Below are positions 1 through 11,395 of a stretch of DNA of 64,000 nucleotides, piece by piece (position 1 is the stretch's first letter; each line of letters starts with the position of its first letter). Origin of the DNA: an uncultured Verrucomicrobiae bacterium. Its GTDB lineage: Bacteria; Verrucomicrobiota; Verrucomicrobiia; Opitutales; JABDGR01. The stretch spans positions 32,001-96,000 of the forward strand of contig CAVXVB010000002.1 of NCBI GenBank assembly GCA_963765205.1, written 5' to 3'. The notes below the pieces were generated by a model that was not told the DNA's origin, did no database searches, and worked only from the letters and a program-made list of their open reading frames with translations. The position numbers were made by a program, and so were the translations under genes.

Positions 1-564
1 GCCGGCCTGGTGCGCAAGCCGATCCGCATGTCCCAATTTTATGAGGAGCTGCTGGAAGTGCTCAAGGATCGCGCGCAGACCCAGCCGGTGCTGCCGCCCG
101 CGCCGTTCCCGGTGGCGGCGTTCCATCCCCTGCGCATCCTGCTGGTCGAGGACAATTTCGGCAACCGCCAGATCACGCAACTGCTGTTGCGCAAACTGGG
201 CTACCAGCCCGCCGCCGTCGAACAGGGGACGCTGGCCTTGGACCTGCTCACGCGGCAGGACTTCGACCTCATTCTGCTCGACGTGCAGATGCCCGGCATT
301 GACGGCCATGAGACGGCGCGGCGCATCCGCATGTGGGAGCGCGAGCATGGCCGCGACAACCATCAACGCGGCGCGGCTTATATATGCGCGCTCACGGCCA
401 ATGCGATCAAGGGCGACCGTGAACTTTGCCTGGAGGCCGGCATGGACGATTACCTGGCCAAGCCCATGCATGGTTCCGAATTGCGCGCGCTCATCGAACG
501 GGCTTGGGCCCAAAAAGCCTCGCCGCAGGGCGCGCAGCCGGATGTCTCGGCGCAGGCGGGATGA
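1..564 (+). CDS. C-terminal receiver (REC) domain of a hybrid sensor histidine kinase; 5' part lies outside the window
   Basis: RILLVEDN...FDLILLDVQMPGIDG...ALTANAIKGDRELCLEAGMDDYLAKP is a canonical hybrid-kinase REC domain. Confidence 0.9.
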   Translation, partial: AGLVRKPIRMSQFYEELLEVLKDRAQTQPVLPPAPFPVAAFHPLRILLVEDNFGNRQITQLLLRKLGYQPAAVEQGTLALDLLTRQDFDLILLDVQMPGIDGHETARRIRMWEREHGRDNHQRGAAYICALTANAIKGDRELCLEAGMDDYLAKPMHGSELRALIERAWAQKASPQGAQPDVSAQAG

Positions 565-664
565 GGGCGGGAGGGAGACAGGAGGCAGGAGGCGGAAGAA
601 AGAGCATCTTTGGTTTGCGCGGATTTAGAAAACGCTCAACGTTTAAAGTTGAGCGTTCAGGCGG

Positions 665-1582
665 TTAGCCTCCCGCGAGGCAGCGGGCCAGGATCACGCC
701 TTTGCGCCAGGTGGGCACGTAGCGGCGGGCGGAGAACACGTCGTAACCGTGTTGTTCGATTTCATCCAGAATGCCCGCGTAGAGGCGGCCCATGACCCGC
801 GCGGTCATCCGCGAACCGTCATTTTCGAGCAGGGGCAGGCCTTGTTCCGCGCCGGCATACCAGCTGCGCGCGCGCGCGATTTCGAAACGCAGCAGCGCGC
901 GCCACGCGTCGTCCACGCGGCCGGCGCGCAGTTGGTCGTCGGTGACGCCGAAGCGGGCCAAGTCTTCGGCGGGAAGATAAATACGCCCGCGTTCACGGTC
1001 TTCGCGCACGTCGCGCAGGATGTTGGTCAATTGCATGGCGAGGCCCATTTCGACGGCGTGGGGCAGGCCGGCGGCGTCGCGCAGGCCGAAAATCCGGCTC
1101 ATCATGATGCCGACGACGGACGCAACGTAATAGCAATAGACTTCGAGTTCCGCCAAATCGCGCAAACGCAGGGGCAGGCGGTCGCGCGCGCAGCCCTCGA
1201 TCAAGTCGCGGCACCAGTCGCGTTCAATCCCATATTCGCGGCCCATGGCGGCGAACGCCGGCGCGAAGGGCAGGCTGCTGCTCCCGGCGAGGATTTCGTC
1301 GAGAGTGGAGGTTAGGGCGGCGGCGTCGGGCGGCTGGCGGGAGTGCTCGATTTCGTCGAAGGCGTCGTCCACCCAGCGGCAGAAGGCGTAGAGGGCGTAG
1401 GCAGCGGATTTTTTGGGCGCGGGCAGCAGGCGGGAGGCGAAGAAGAAACTGGTGGCGTGCGCGCGCGTGGCCCGGCGGCAGGCGGCGAGTGCGGGCGCGA
1501 GCGCCGGGTCGCGGGACCAGGCGGACGCGGGCGCGACCGGCGGCCAGGCGCGCGGGAGTTTGTCCAGCAGGGCGGGCGTCAC
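665..1582 (-). CDS. Phytoene/squalene synthase family protein (CrtB/HpnD-like)
   Basis: SFFFASRLL, YAFCRWVDDAFD, YCYYVASVVG and LAMQLTNILRDVREDRERGRIYLP motifs. Confidence 0.9.
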   Translation of the reverse strand: MTPALLDKLPRAWPPVAPASAWSRDPALAPALAACRRATRAHATSFFFASRLLPAPKKSAAYALYAFCRWVDDAFDEIEHSRQPPDAAALTSTLDEILAGSSSLPFAPAFAAMGREYGIERDWCRDLIEGCARDRLPLRLRDLAELEVYCYYVASVVGIMMSRIFGLRDAAGLPHAVEMGLAMQLTNILRDVREDRERGRIYLPAEDLARFGVTDDQLRAGRVDDAWRALLRFEIARARSWYAGAEQGLPLLENDGSRMTARVMGRLYAGILDEIEQHGYDVFSARRYVPTWRKGVILARCLAGG

Positions 1583-1729
1583 GCCGGTGAATTAAGAGGG
1601 AAGCAGCAGGGATTACGAAGGAAAAAACGCGGCGCTGCGGAAAATGCCGTTAGGTTCGGCATAATCAGGGCAGATGTAGATAGTGCTTCGTTTGCAATCG
1701 GGATGAAATGGATGACAAACACAACGCGA

Positions 1730-2217
1730 TTAGTTGCCATCGCCACTTTGTTTAATATACCACTTTCCGTCAATTTTGACAAAGATCAATTTACCCCGTG
1801 TGGCCATGTAGGTCGCTTCTTTGCCAGTGATGTTAAAAGTTGGATTCTGATATTCAAGGGTTTCGTAAGACTGCGCCAATGGTTCATACACCGATTTTTG
1901 CAATTTCTGTTGCAGTTCAGGGTTCTGGGCAACCTGCTGCTGTGTTTCTTGTATCTCTTTCAGCGCATGGGGGTCAAATTTGTCCGGCGGGGTGTAACGT
2001 AGCCAGAGCTTCACTATGTCACCATCCCGTTGTAAGCGCGCGATGTCCAGGATGGCGGTTTGCAAATCGGCTTGGGGGTCGGCTTGGGGGCCGGGGCGGC
2101 GATGGATTGGGTGGCGGCTTTTATCAGGGCAACCGCCGTTGGTCGCGTGAACCACCAAATACCGACGCCCGCGATGGCAATGACAAAGCCAACCATGATA
2201 AAGTTTTTAGGCTTCAC
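1730..2217 (-). pseudogene. Membrane-anchored protein of a dispersed paralog family (copy 1), split by a frameshift near 2080-2100
   Basis: GTG at 2217 gives (M)KPKNFIMVGFVIAIAGVGIWWFTRPT. Another frame continues ADPQADLQTAILDIARLQRDG...PTFNITGKEATY...FVKIDGKWYIK. Both halves match the intact paralogs at 53057 and 58731. Confidence 0.75.
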
Positions 2218-2339
2218 ACCGCTTCTTCTACCTGTTTTAGCCCGCAGAGCGCAATCACTTCTTCCAACTTCGCAACCCGGCGGCTCTAGCAACCCATTAT
2301 CAAATCCCAGTCGGCCCGAATTAACCAATCGAATGCCGC

Positions 2340-3623
2340 TTATCTTAACAGCGCGGTGGCGGTCCAGAGGACGGGGGCGTTGCCGTGCAGTTCGTTGAAA
2401 GTGTTGAGGGCGGCGCCGGCGAGGGGTTTTTGGCCGAGATAATACTGCACGCCGGCAGTGGTGTCGGTGCCGGTGTATTTGTTGGTGCCGGGGCAGACGT
2501 TGGCGATGTTGCCGTCCTGGTCAATCAGCTTGACCAGGCCGAGCCAGGCTTTGCGGGCGGCGGGGCCGTAGGTCTTGGCGTCGAGCCAGCCGTTTTTGAC
2601 GCCGGTGACGAAGGCAAAGGCGAACATGGCGGAGCCGGAGGATTCGCTCCACGCCTCGGGGTGGTCGAGCAGTTCCTTCCAGAGGCCGTCGTCGCCTTGG
2701 TCTTTCAGGAGCGCGGCCATCATTTTATGATAACCTTCGTAGATTTTGGGAAAGAGGGGATGGTCGGCGGGCAGCTCGCGGAGCAGCTCGGTCAGCCCGG
2801 CGGCGACCCAGCCATCGCCGCGCGACCAATAATAGGGCGCGCCGATGCCGTGGTAAAAGAGTCCGTCGGGTTGCTGAAGGCGGTCGAAATAGAGGGAGAA
2901 CATCTGCGCGGTGCGGTCGAGGTAGATTTTGTCGTGGGTGGCGCGGTAGGCCTGCATTTGCATGCTGGGCATCATATAGAGGTCGTCCACCCAGAGGCGC
3001 GCTTCGGCGCCGTTGCCTTCGACAATGGTTACGTCGGTGGAATTGGGGACGGGCTTGAAGACGCTGGCCAACTGCCGGTCGGCAAAGGCCTTGCCGTAAT
3101 CGAGGTAGCCCTGGGATTTGGTGAGCAGGTAAATCTCCAGCGGAACCGCGCCGAAGACGTGGAAGTCCACCGTGTTGTTCTGCGAGATATGGGCGGCGCC
3201 TTCAGCGGTGGAGAAGAGGGAGAATTTCTGAATGAGTTTCTGCTGCAAGTCGGCGTTTTTAGTCACCTCGGTAAAAGTGAGCGCGCCATACCAGGCAATG
3301 ACTTCGGGATAGACGACGGGGGCTGCGGGATTATTGGAGTATTGGGGGGTCTGATAGCGGAACTGGCGGGCCTCAAAATTCTCGGCGACGCGCAGGCCAA
3401 TGTCTTTGGGGTCGGCGCCGGCGGGCCATTGGCCGAAATACTCGGCGAGGGCTTCCTTGGTCGGCGGGGTGATGACGATTTTGGCCGGGGTGGCCGGGCT
3501 GGCGGCGGATGTTGTGGGTGCGGCGGCAGGCACGGGGGCGGATTGCGCCAGGCTGCGGGTGGTAAAGACACTGGACGCGACAAAGAGGCCAAGGGCGCCG
3601 GCGAGGAAGCGGGAGGGTTTCAT
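2340..3623 (-). CDS. Secreted glycoside hydrolase, GH105/GH88 family (unsaturated rhamnogalacturonyl hydrolase-like)
   Basis: Signal peptide; LWVDDLYM, DGLFYHG, YWSRGDGW and ESSGSAMF motifs. Confidence 0.85.
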   Translation of the reverse strand: MKPSRFLAGALGLFVASSVFTTRSLAQSAPVPAAAPTTSAASPATPAKIVITPPTKEALAEYFGQWPAGADPKDIGLRVAENFEARQFRYQTPQYSNNPAAPVVYPEVIAWYGALTFTEVTKNADLQQKLIQKFSLFSTAEGAAHISQNNTVDFHVFGAVPLEIYLLTKSQGYLDYGKAFADRQLASVFKPVPNSTDVTIVEGNGAEARLWVDDLYMMPSMQMQAYRATHDKIYLDRTAQMFSLYFDRLQQPDGLFYHGIGAPYYWSRGDGWVAAGLTELLRELPADHPLFPKIYEGYHKMMAALLKDQGDDGLWKELLDHPEAWSESSGSAMFAFAFVTGVKNGWLDAKTYGPAARKAWLGLVKLIDQDGNIANVCPGTNKYTGTDTTAGVQYYLGQKPLAGAALNTFNELHGNAPVLWTATALLR

Positions 3624-3780
3624 CTTGGGGGTGGGGCTGGCGAATTTCCAACTTTAGGGGCCGGGGGTCAAGGGGAAACCAGGCGGGCGGGAGTTGGTTG
3701 CAATTCGGCGGCGCGGACTTGCCTCGCGTGGGATTGTCCGTCATAGTCATCTTTTTACCCCCTTCCGGGTCGCCCTTGCC

Positions 3781-5136
3781 ATGAAGTTATCTTATGTAAT
3801 CCGCCAGCGCCGTTCGACAATCTCCGCGGTGTTTTTTCTCAGCGCGGCCGCGTATTTTCTTTATGCGTTTTTTAGCCAGCGCGAATACACGGCTTATGCG
3901 CTGGTGCAGGGCTATGCGGCGGGCGGGGCGGGCACCGCCGGGAGCCAGCCGGCGGCGGCCAATGACGACTTTAACACCAATGTGCGCATCCTTGAATCCG
4001 ACGAGATGGCGCAGGCGGTGGCGGCGAAACTGAACGACGCCGACCGGGGCCGGATACTGGCGCCCTATACGCATATTTTTCAGATTGGGCCGACGCCGAG
4101 CGTGGCGCAAATTTTACTGGCGGGCCGCATCATCGCACCCGGGCCGTCGGCGCTCAATCTTGACATCGGCTTCCGGCATCCAAACGCGGCGGTGGCGGCG
4201 ACGCTGGCCAACGCCCTGGCCGAAGAATTCCTCCGCCAGCACGATGCGCTGAATGCCGACAAGCTCAAAAACATGGTCGCCGCGTTGCAGGCGCAGGCGG
4301 ATGCGCAGCACAAACGGGCGGACGACATCCAGGCGCAGATGGACGAGCTGACCCAAAAATATGGAGTGACGAACATTGACGCCACATCCGACACGATTCT
4401 GGTCAGCGCCATTGAGGAGTTGAATAAAAAGGTCATTGAGAACAAGGCGGCGCTGGATGAACTGACCTTGCGCGGCCAGCAAATCCAGCAGCAGGCGGAC
4501 GCCAAGAAGCCGCTGTGGGATTTGAACTTCATCGGCAGCCAGCCGCACATCCTGGCGCTGGAGCAGGCGGTGCAGGCGCAGGCCGACCAATTGAAGCAGA
4601 TGCAGGCCCTGGGTTATGCGGACAATGCACCGATCATCACCGACGCCAAGGCCCGGGTGGATGCCGCCATGCAGGAATTGAACGAGGGGGCCGCGGCGGC
4701 GGTGAAGCAGGTGGCCTCCGACCTGGAGGCGGCCCAGAACAACTACAATCAATCGGTGGAGCGGCTCACCAACATGCAGAAGCAGACGGGGGACTTGGCG
4801 CAGCAGCGCGCGAAATATGACGCTTTGCGCAACGATTTGAGCACGGTGCAGCAGATGTATTCCGCGCAAGAAGTGGCGATGGCCAACACGCAAACGAAGG
4901 CGAAGCTGGACGCCGTGACGTATTCGATCGTCGCGCGGGCGGAGGCGCCACCCGAGGCCGACCCGCAGCCGTGGGTCAAGCTGGGGCTGGCCAGCCTGGG
5001 CTGGGGTATGGGTGGTGGAGTGCTGGCCTTGGCCGGTTTCGCCATCTTTATGCCGCCGCCGGTCGAGCAACATGCGGAATACGAGCGCCGCCGCCGCCGC
5101 CACCGGCACTTTCATTCTTCCTCCCGCCGCCGATAA
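3781..5136 (+). CDS. GumC/Wzc-type polysaccharide co-polymerase-like protein without a kinase domain
   Basis: N-terminal [23 protein letters not shown], long coiled coil, Pro-rich AEAPPEADP before a C-terminal TM. Confidence 0.7.
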   Translation: MKLSYVIRQRRSTISAVFFLSAAAYFLYAFFSQREYTAYALVQGYAAGGAGTAGSQPAAANDDFNTNVRILESDEMAQAVAAKLNDADRGRILAPYTHIFQIGPTPSVAQILLAGRIIAPGPSALNLDIGFRHPNAAVAATLANALAEEFLRQHDALNADKLKNMVAALQAQADAQHKRADDIQAQMDELTQKYGVTNIDATSDTILVSAIEELNKKVIENKAALDELTLRGQQIQQQADAKKPLWDLNFIGSQPHILALEQAVQAQADQLKQMQALGYADNAPIITDAKARVDAAMQELNEGAAAAVKQVASDLEAAQNNYNQSVERLTNMQKQTGDLAQQRAKYDALRNDLSTVQQMYSAQEVAMANTQTKAKLDAVTYSIVARAEAPPEADPQPWVKLGLASLGWGMGGGVLALAGFAIFMPPPVEQHAEYERRRRRHRHFHSSSRRR

Positions 5137-5147
5137 GAAAGAACCAC

Positions 5148-6949
5148 ATGAACTCCCTGCCGCCAAAAACTTCCCATCCAGCCCTTTTGAAATGGGTTGG
5201 AAAAATGACCCAGATGTGCCAGCCAGCCACCGTGCATTGGTGCGACGGCTCGGCGGCCGAGGTGGACGCGCTGTTCGCGGAGATGGTGGAGCGCGGCACC
5301 GCCATCCGGCTCAACCCGGCGAAGCGTCCCAACAGTTTTTTGTTCCGGTCCGATCCGCGTGACGTGGCGCGGGTCGAGAAGCGCACGTTTATCTGCCCGG
5401 CGAACAAGGACGACGCGGGGCCGACGAATAATTGGGAGGAACCGCGCGCGATGCGGCACAAACTGGTGGACTTGTGCACGGGCTGCATGGCTGGGCGCAC
5501 GATGTATGTAATTCCTTTTTCGATGGGGCCGGTTGGGTCACCGCTCGCGCACATTGGCGTGCAGGTGACGGATTCGCCCTATGTCGTGGTGAATATGCGC
5601 ATCATGGCGCGCGTGGGCCAGGCGGTGCTGGATGTGCTGGGGGAGAAGGGATTTTTCGTGCCCTGCATCCATTCCGTTGGCTACCCGCTGCAGCCGGGGC
5701 AAAAGGACGTGGCGTGGCCCTGCAATCCCGACAACACCTACATCGTGCATTTTCCCGAGGAGCGCAGCATTGTGTCCTACGGCTCGGGCTACGGCGGCAA
5801 CGCGCTGCTGGGCAAGAAGTGCCTGGCGCTGCGCATCGCCTCGTGCATGGCGCGCGACCAGGGCTGGCTGGCCGAGCACATGCTCATCCTCGGCGTCGAA
5901 AACCCCGAGGGGGAAAAAACCTACGTCGCCGCCGCGTTCCCGAGCGCCTGCGGCAAGACGAATTTCGCGATGATCATCCCGCCCAGGGAAATGAAGGGCT
6001 GGAAGGTCACGACGGTGGGCGACGATATTGCGTGGATCAAGCCGGGCGCGGGCGGGCGGCTTTATGGCATCAATCCGGAGGCGGGGTTCTTCGGCGTCGC
6101 GCCGGGCACGTCGCTCGAGACGAACCCGAACGCCATCGCCTCCTGCGCGCGCGACACGATTTTCACCAACGTCGCGCTGACCGACGACGGCGACGTGTGG
6201 TGGGAGGGGTTGACGGAAAAACCGCCCGCGCATTTGATTGACTGGACCGGCCAGGACTGGACGCCGGGCTGCGGGCGGTTGTCGTCGCACCCGAAATTCG
6301 CGCTTCACCGCGCCGCTGGCGAACTGCCCGTGCCTCGACCCGGCGTTCGACGATTTGCAGGGCGTGCCGATCAAGGCGTTTGTGTTTGGCGGGCGGCGCA
6401 TGAGCGATGTGCCGCTCGTTTACCAGGCTTTCACTTGGAGTCACGGCGTTTATCTCGGCGCGACGATGGGGTCGGAGAAGACGGCGGCGGCCGAGGGCAA
6501 AATCGGCGTGCTGCGCCGCGACCCGATGGCGATGCTGCCCTTTTGCGGCTACCACATGGCGGATTATTTCCGGCACTGGCTCAAGGTCGGCAAGCACCTC
6601 GAGGAAACGCCGCGCATTTTCCACGTCAACTGGTTCCGCAAGGACGCGGCGGTGAAATTCCTCTGGCCGGGCTACGGGCAGAACATGCGCGTGCTGCGCT
6701 GGATCGTCGAGCGCGCCAACGGCCGGCGCGTTCGCGAAGGAAAGCCCGCTCGGCTGGCTGCCGCGTTATGAGGACATTGACTGGCGCGGCCTCGATTACC
6801 CGAAGGAAAAATGGGACGAACTGATGGTCTTTGACCGCCCGCGGACGGCGCTGCAAACCCTCACCCACGAGGAGCTGTTCATCTCGCTCTTCGAGCACCT
6901 GCCCAAGGAAATGATCTTCGAGCGCGAATTGTTGTTGTCGCGGCTGTGA
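5148..6949 (+). CDS. pckG: GTP-dependent phosphoenolpyruvate carboxykinase, with two apparent +1 frameshifts (about 6295 and 6725)
   Basis: [56 protein letters not shown]. Continues in shifted frames as NSRFTAP...[13 protein letters not shown]...FHVNWFRKD, then [15 protein letters not shown]. Confidence 0.95.
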
Positions 6950-7000
6950 TTTTTTAGAAGAATTTTTTATGAATATCTCATTTTAGGCCGACTCAATTCC

Positions 7001-8418
7001 ATGAAGAGCATTGCTTTTTTATTTGCTGCGCTGCTGAGTGTTTCAACGCTGCAAGGGGCGGTGACTTCCGATGATCCGCGCACGCAGGCGGAAGCGGGCA
7101 ACAGCACCGCGCAAATTTCCCTTGGCGCAAAGTATGAGCAAGGCGATGGCGTGCCAAAGGATTTCACCACGGCCATGAGTGGTACCGCAAAGCGGCTGAT
7201 CAAGGGGATGCCAAGGCCCAATACGCCATTGCCTTGATGTATAATAACGCCGAAGTGACGCCGCAGGATTACACCGAGGAAATGAAGTGGGCCCGCAAGG
7301 CGGCCGACCAAGGATTGGCCAAAGCCGAACTCCTGCTGGCCACAGCGTATCTACGTGGCCTAGGGGTGGATAAAGACCCGGTGGCAGGCATGACATGGCT
7401 GCGCAAAGCGGCCGACCAAGGTGACTCCTTGGCAATGGGATTGGTCAAAAATGCCATCGCATCTTTTAGCCAGCCTGCGGAGCAAAGTGACGCCACAGCC
7501 AAGGAAATCCTCGGTATCTTGACCGAACCGAAACCGGCGTTCCCCGACGGTTCTACAACCACTCTTGAGGATCTGCACGCGAAGGCGGAAGCGGGCAATA
7601 GCACCGCCCAAGTTTTGCTGGCGGTGCGGTATGGCATTGGTTCGGGAGTGCCGCAAAACTTTGGCGAATCACTTAAATGGATCGTCAAAGCGGCGGAGCA
7701 AGGGGAGTCGGACGCCTCGGATGTAGTGGCCGACATGTATGTCTTAGACCTGCCGGGGATTCCGGAAGACGCCATTGAGGGCTGGAAATGGCGCCGCAAA
7801 GCGGCCGATCAGGGTAGTGCCAGATCCATCGGCGCTATCTACGATGTCATCCCGATGTATCGCCACCAAGCGGAACAAGGCGGCGCTGAGGCCAAGGCCA
7901 TTTTGGATATCCTAACCAAGTCACCGCTGCCGCCAGCGCCCGCCGTCGCGCCAATCACTCCTTCCACTCCTGCAACCGGCGCAACCAAAGGCAACCCCCA
8001 GGCCGAGTTGAAGACGGCCATCACGGACATCGCGCGCCTGATGAAAGCGGGCGAGGGAGCGAAAATGACCAAGACCTATATGCCACCGCCGATGCTCAAG
8101 CAAATGCCGCCATCGGCGTTGTCCGACCTAAGGCTAAGCATGCTACAAACGGACCAAAAGATGGGGTTCCAGGTGCGCGACACGCTAAAAGAGCTGCTGG
8201 AATTGTTTAATGCGCGGGCCTTCGCGGCCATGGCCGACCAGACTCCGACTTACAACGCGGCCGGAGACGAGGCCACTTACACGCTCATTTGGCCCATGGA
8301 GGGAGGCGAGAAAACCCAGCCGGTGATTTTCGTCAAAATCAACGGTCTGTGGTATTTTAAGACCGTCAAAAACACCAATCCTGACACGGAAAAGGAAACA
8401 CCGTATTTTAATTTCTGA
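7001..8418 (+). CDS. Secreted Sel1-repeat protein with a C-terminal copy of the dispersed paralog domain; frameshift near 7178
   Basis: Signal peptide; repeats AQISLGAKYEQGDGVPKD and WLRKAADQG. Adding one base at ~7178 restores AMKWYRKAADQGDAKAQY and joins the 7001 and 7234 ORFs. Confidence 0.8.
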
Positions 8419-8449
8419 AATCAAATCGGGAAACAATCCTTAACGCAAA

Positions 8450-9433
8450 ATGAAATACCGCGAAATGGGCCGGACTGGGTGGAAGATCTCGACCGTCAGC
8501 TTTGGCGCGTGGGCCATTGGCGGGTCGTGGGGCGGCGTACGCGACGAGGAGTCGCTCGCCGCACTGCACCGGGCGCTCGACTTGGGCGTCAATTTCTTTG
8601 ACACCGCCGACGTGTATGGCGACGGCCATAGCGAGCGCCTCATCGCCCGGCTACGGCGCGAGCGCAAGGAGCCGTTCCATGTCGCCACCAAGGCCGGCCG
8701 CCGCTTGGAGCCGCATGTGGCCGATGGCTACAACCGCGCGAACCTCACGGCCTTTGTCGAGCGCAGCCTGAAGAACCTGGAAGTCGAGGCGATTGACTTG
8801 CTGCAACTGCATTGCCCGCCGACGGATGTTTATTACCGGCCCGAGGTGTTTGCGGCGCTCGACGGTCTGGTGCAGGCTGGCAAGGTGCGCCATTACGGCG
8901 TGAGCGTCGAGCGCGTCGAGGAGGCGCTCAAGGCGATTGAATACCCCGGCGTGCAGTCGGTGCAGATCATCTACAATATTTTCCGGCAACGACCGGCGGA
9001 ATTGTTTTTCAAAGAAGCTAAAAAGCGCAAGGTCGGCATTCTCGCGCGGCTGCCGCTGTCGTCGGGCCTGCTGTCGGGCAAGATGACCAAGCAGAGCCAG
9101 TTTGCGAAGGAGGACCATCGCAACTTCAACCGCCATGGCGAACAGTTCGACCGGGGCGAGACCTTCTCCGGCGTGGACTTTGACACGGGTCTCGCCATCG
9201 TCGAGCAACTGCGCCCGTTCGTGCCAAAGGGGATGAGCCTGGCGCAATTCGCGTTGCGCTGGATCCAAATGCACCCGGCGGTGACGTGCTCGATTCCCGG
9301 CGCGAAACGGCCGAGCCAGGTCGAGGAGAACGCGCGCGCGGCGGATTTACCGCCCCTCTCGAAGGCCAAAATGGCCGCGATACAAAAAATCTACGACACG
9401 CGGCTGCGCCCGTTGGTGCAGCATTATTGGTGA
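8450..9433 (+). CDS. Aldo/keto reductase
   Basis: GVNFFDTADVYGDGHSE, VATK, IDLLQLH, GKVRHYGVS and IPGAKRPSQVEEN motifs. Confidence 0.95.
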   Translation: MKYREMGRTGWKISTVSFGAWAIGGSWGGVRDEESLAALHRALDLGVNFFDTADVYGDGHSERLIARLRRERKEPFHVATKAGRRLEPHVADGYNRANLTAFVERSLKNLEVEAIDLLQLHCPPTDVYYRPEVFAALDGLVQAGKVRHYGVSVERVEEALKAIEYPGVQSVQIIYNIFRQRPAELFFKEAKKRKVGILARLPLSSGLLSGKMTKQSQFAKEDHRNFNRHGEQFDRGETFSGVDFDTGLAIVEQLRPFVPKGMSLAQFALRWIQMHPAVTCSIPGAKRPSQVEENARAADLPPLSKAKMAAIQKIYDTRLRPLVQHYW

Positions 9434-9447
9434 GATAGCCTCAAGCA

Positions 9448-9572
9448 ATTCACCGCAAAGGCGCAAAGAGCGCAAAGGTTTTTTTTTACGGAATTAACAA
9501 AATCACGCCCGGCTCTTCGTACCTTGGTGAACAGAACTTCTTCTTGGCGCTCTTCGCGCCTTTGCGGTGAAT
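9448..9572. repeat. Palindromic intergenic repeat (TTCACCGCAAAG family), copy A
   Basis: 30 bp inverted arms at 9448-9477 and 9543-9572 (28/30 match) between convergent genes. Confidence 0.85.
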
Positions 9573-9591
9573 AAGAATTATAAGACAGAAC

Positions 9592-10613
9592 TCAATCCAG
9601 CAGCCGCGCGACCTGGGCGCGGACGTAGGTGGCGAGGCTAAGGAGGCGGGCGCTGGCGGGCAGGCCGTCCCATTGGGCGAGGGCTTCCGTGCCGGCGCGC
9701 AGCTCGGTTTCGAAGCGGTCGCGCACGGCTTGGAGGACGCCGTGCTGGTGCATACGTTCGGCGAGGTCTTTGACATTGGCTCCGCCCGCCAGTACCTCGC
9801 GGCGCAAGGCGGTGGCTTCGCTTTCGGGCAGGCGCTCGAGGAGCAATAAAAGGGGAGCGTAAATTTGCCGCTGGCGAGGTCGGTGCCGAGGGTTTTGCCG
9901 ATTTTGCCCTCGTCGCCACAAAAATCGGCGAGATCGTCAAAGAGCTGGTAGGCGATGCCCAGTTGGAGGCCGAAGCGGGTGGCGGCGTCCACAAATTCCT
10001 CGGGGTGGCCGGCCACGCGCGCGCCCAGCAGGCACGACACGCCGAATAGCTCGCCGGTTTTCATCGCAATGACCTCGAAATACTCGTTGACGGAAAAGCG
10101 CGGGTTGCCGCGTTCGAGGGTCTGGTGGATTTCGCCGGCGCAAACCCGGCGGGTGGCCGCGGCCATGGCGCGGCAGACTTCGATGGACAGGGAGTCGGAC
10201 GCGATCTTGAGGGCCTGGGTCAGCAGGGCGTCGCCCAACAGGACGGCGACAGACGCGCCGAATTTGTCGCTGACGGTGGGCAACTGGTGGCGCAGCGCCG
10301 CGCCGTCGAGCACGTCGTCATGCACCAGGGTGGCGAGGTGGATCAGCTCGACCACAGCGGCGGCATAAACTTGGTCGGGCACGATGCGGCCATTGTCCGT
10401 CCACCCGCTGCAAAACACGAGGCTGGGGCGGATGCGCTTGCCCTGGTTGGCGAAAACGTAGCGGACGAGTTCGCGCAGGTGCGGCTCGAAGGTCTCGACC
10501 TGGCCGGAGAAAAAGCGCTCGAATTCGGCGAGGTGCGGCTGCACTTCGCGCGGCAGGGCGGGCGAGGGGGCCGTGGTGGGCGGGGCTGAACGCGCGGTGG
10601 TCGGGGCCAGCAT
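9592..10613 (-). CDS. Polyprenyl diphosphate synthase (IspB/HepT-like), frameshift near 9853
   Basis: GKRIRP, ELIHLATLVHDDVLD (FARM), MKTGELF, YQLFDDLAD (SARM), GKTLGTDLASGKFTLP. The C-terminus LLLLERL... lies in an adjacent frame. Confidence 0.9.
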
Positions 10614-10731
10614 AGGAGTAAAAAGTGAAATTGGTTGGACAAGACCCCGCCGGGCGGACAAACCGCCAAGAGGGCTGGCGATGCCTGCCCATCCTCCCGG
10701 CGGTTGCCGGACACCACAACTAAGCGCATAA

Positions 10732-11382
10732 ATGCCTGTGAGTCAAGACTACCCCTTGCTGATCCTCGCCATTGCCGGCCTTACTGCCTACGTTTTTTAC
10801 GTGTGGCTGGGGGATTTTCGGCACGGGCGCGCGGGGACGCCGGACGCGCGGGCCTTCCCGGGCGCGACGCCGTGTTCGCGGGCGGCGGTCGTGGTCGCGG
10901 TAGCGGGGGCGTTGGTGTTGCTGGGCATGGAAACTGGGGGTGAATACTGCCTGGGCGTGTCGGAGCAGCAAAGCAATATCACCGCGCTTTATTTGGTGGC
11001 GATGGTCTGTGCGGCATTTGGAGAGGAGTTGGTTTTCCGGGGCTTTTTGGTGGTGACGACGCGCGGGCGCGCGGCGTTGGTCGGGAGCATCATTGGCTTT
11101 TCACTGCTCTTTGCGCTGGGGCACCCGTTCTTGTGGGATTGGAAAAGCCTGGCGGACGGCCAGCCCAAACAGTTGGTTTTTGATTTTTCCCTGAAAGCCG
11201 GCTGGAGCGCTGCAATGGTTTTTCTGTTTTCCCTCTGGCAGTATGCGATGCGGTTTCCACTGCGCTATCCCAAGCTCAATCCCCGGGGCTCGCTCATTCC
11301 CTGCATCGCGGCGCATTTGGCGAAGAACCTGGGTGTGTTCGCCATCAAACTCGCGCAGGGGCACGTGAGCGGGTGGTGGTAG
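10732..11382 (+). CDS. CPBP (CAAX/Abi) family intramembrane protease
   Basis: GEELVFRG, FALGH and SLIPCIAAHLAKN motifs with TM segments. Confidence 0.85.
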   Translation: MPVSQDYPLLILAIAGLTAYVFYVWLGDFRHGRAGTPDARAFPGATPCSRAAVVVAVAGALVLLGMETGGEYCLGVSEQQSNITALYLVAMVCAAFGEELVFRGFLVVTTRGRAALVGSIIGFSLLFALGHPFLWDWKSLADGQPKQLVFDFSLKAGWSAAMVFLFSLWQYAMRFPLRYPKLNPRGSLIPCIAAHLAKNLGVFAIKLAQGHVSGWW

Positions 11383-11395
11383 GAGGCGCGGGCGG

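Noticed and set aside
1698..1732. Integron attC site after the paralog genes
   Set aside because: No RYYYAAC...GTTRRRY palindromic structure and no integron integrase or cassette array; kept only as a conserved flank
6290..6730. Programmed frameshifting in pckG
   Set aside because: No slippery heptamer or known recoding in this family, and similar indels affect many neighbouring genes, so error is more likely
665..10613. Carotenoid/hopanoid gene cluster
   Set aside because: The synthase and prenyl synthase are 8 kb apart with unrelated genes between them, and no desaturase or cyclase is present
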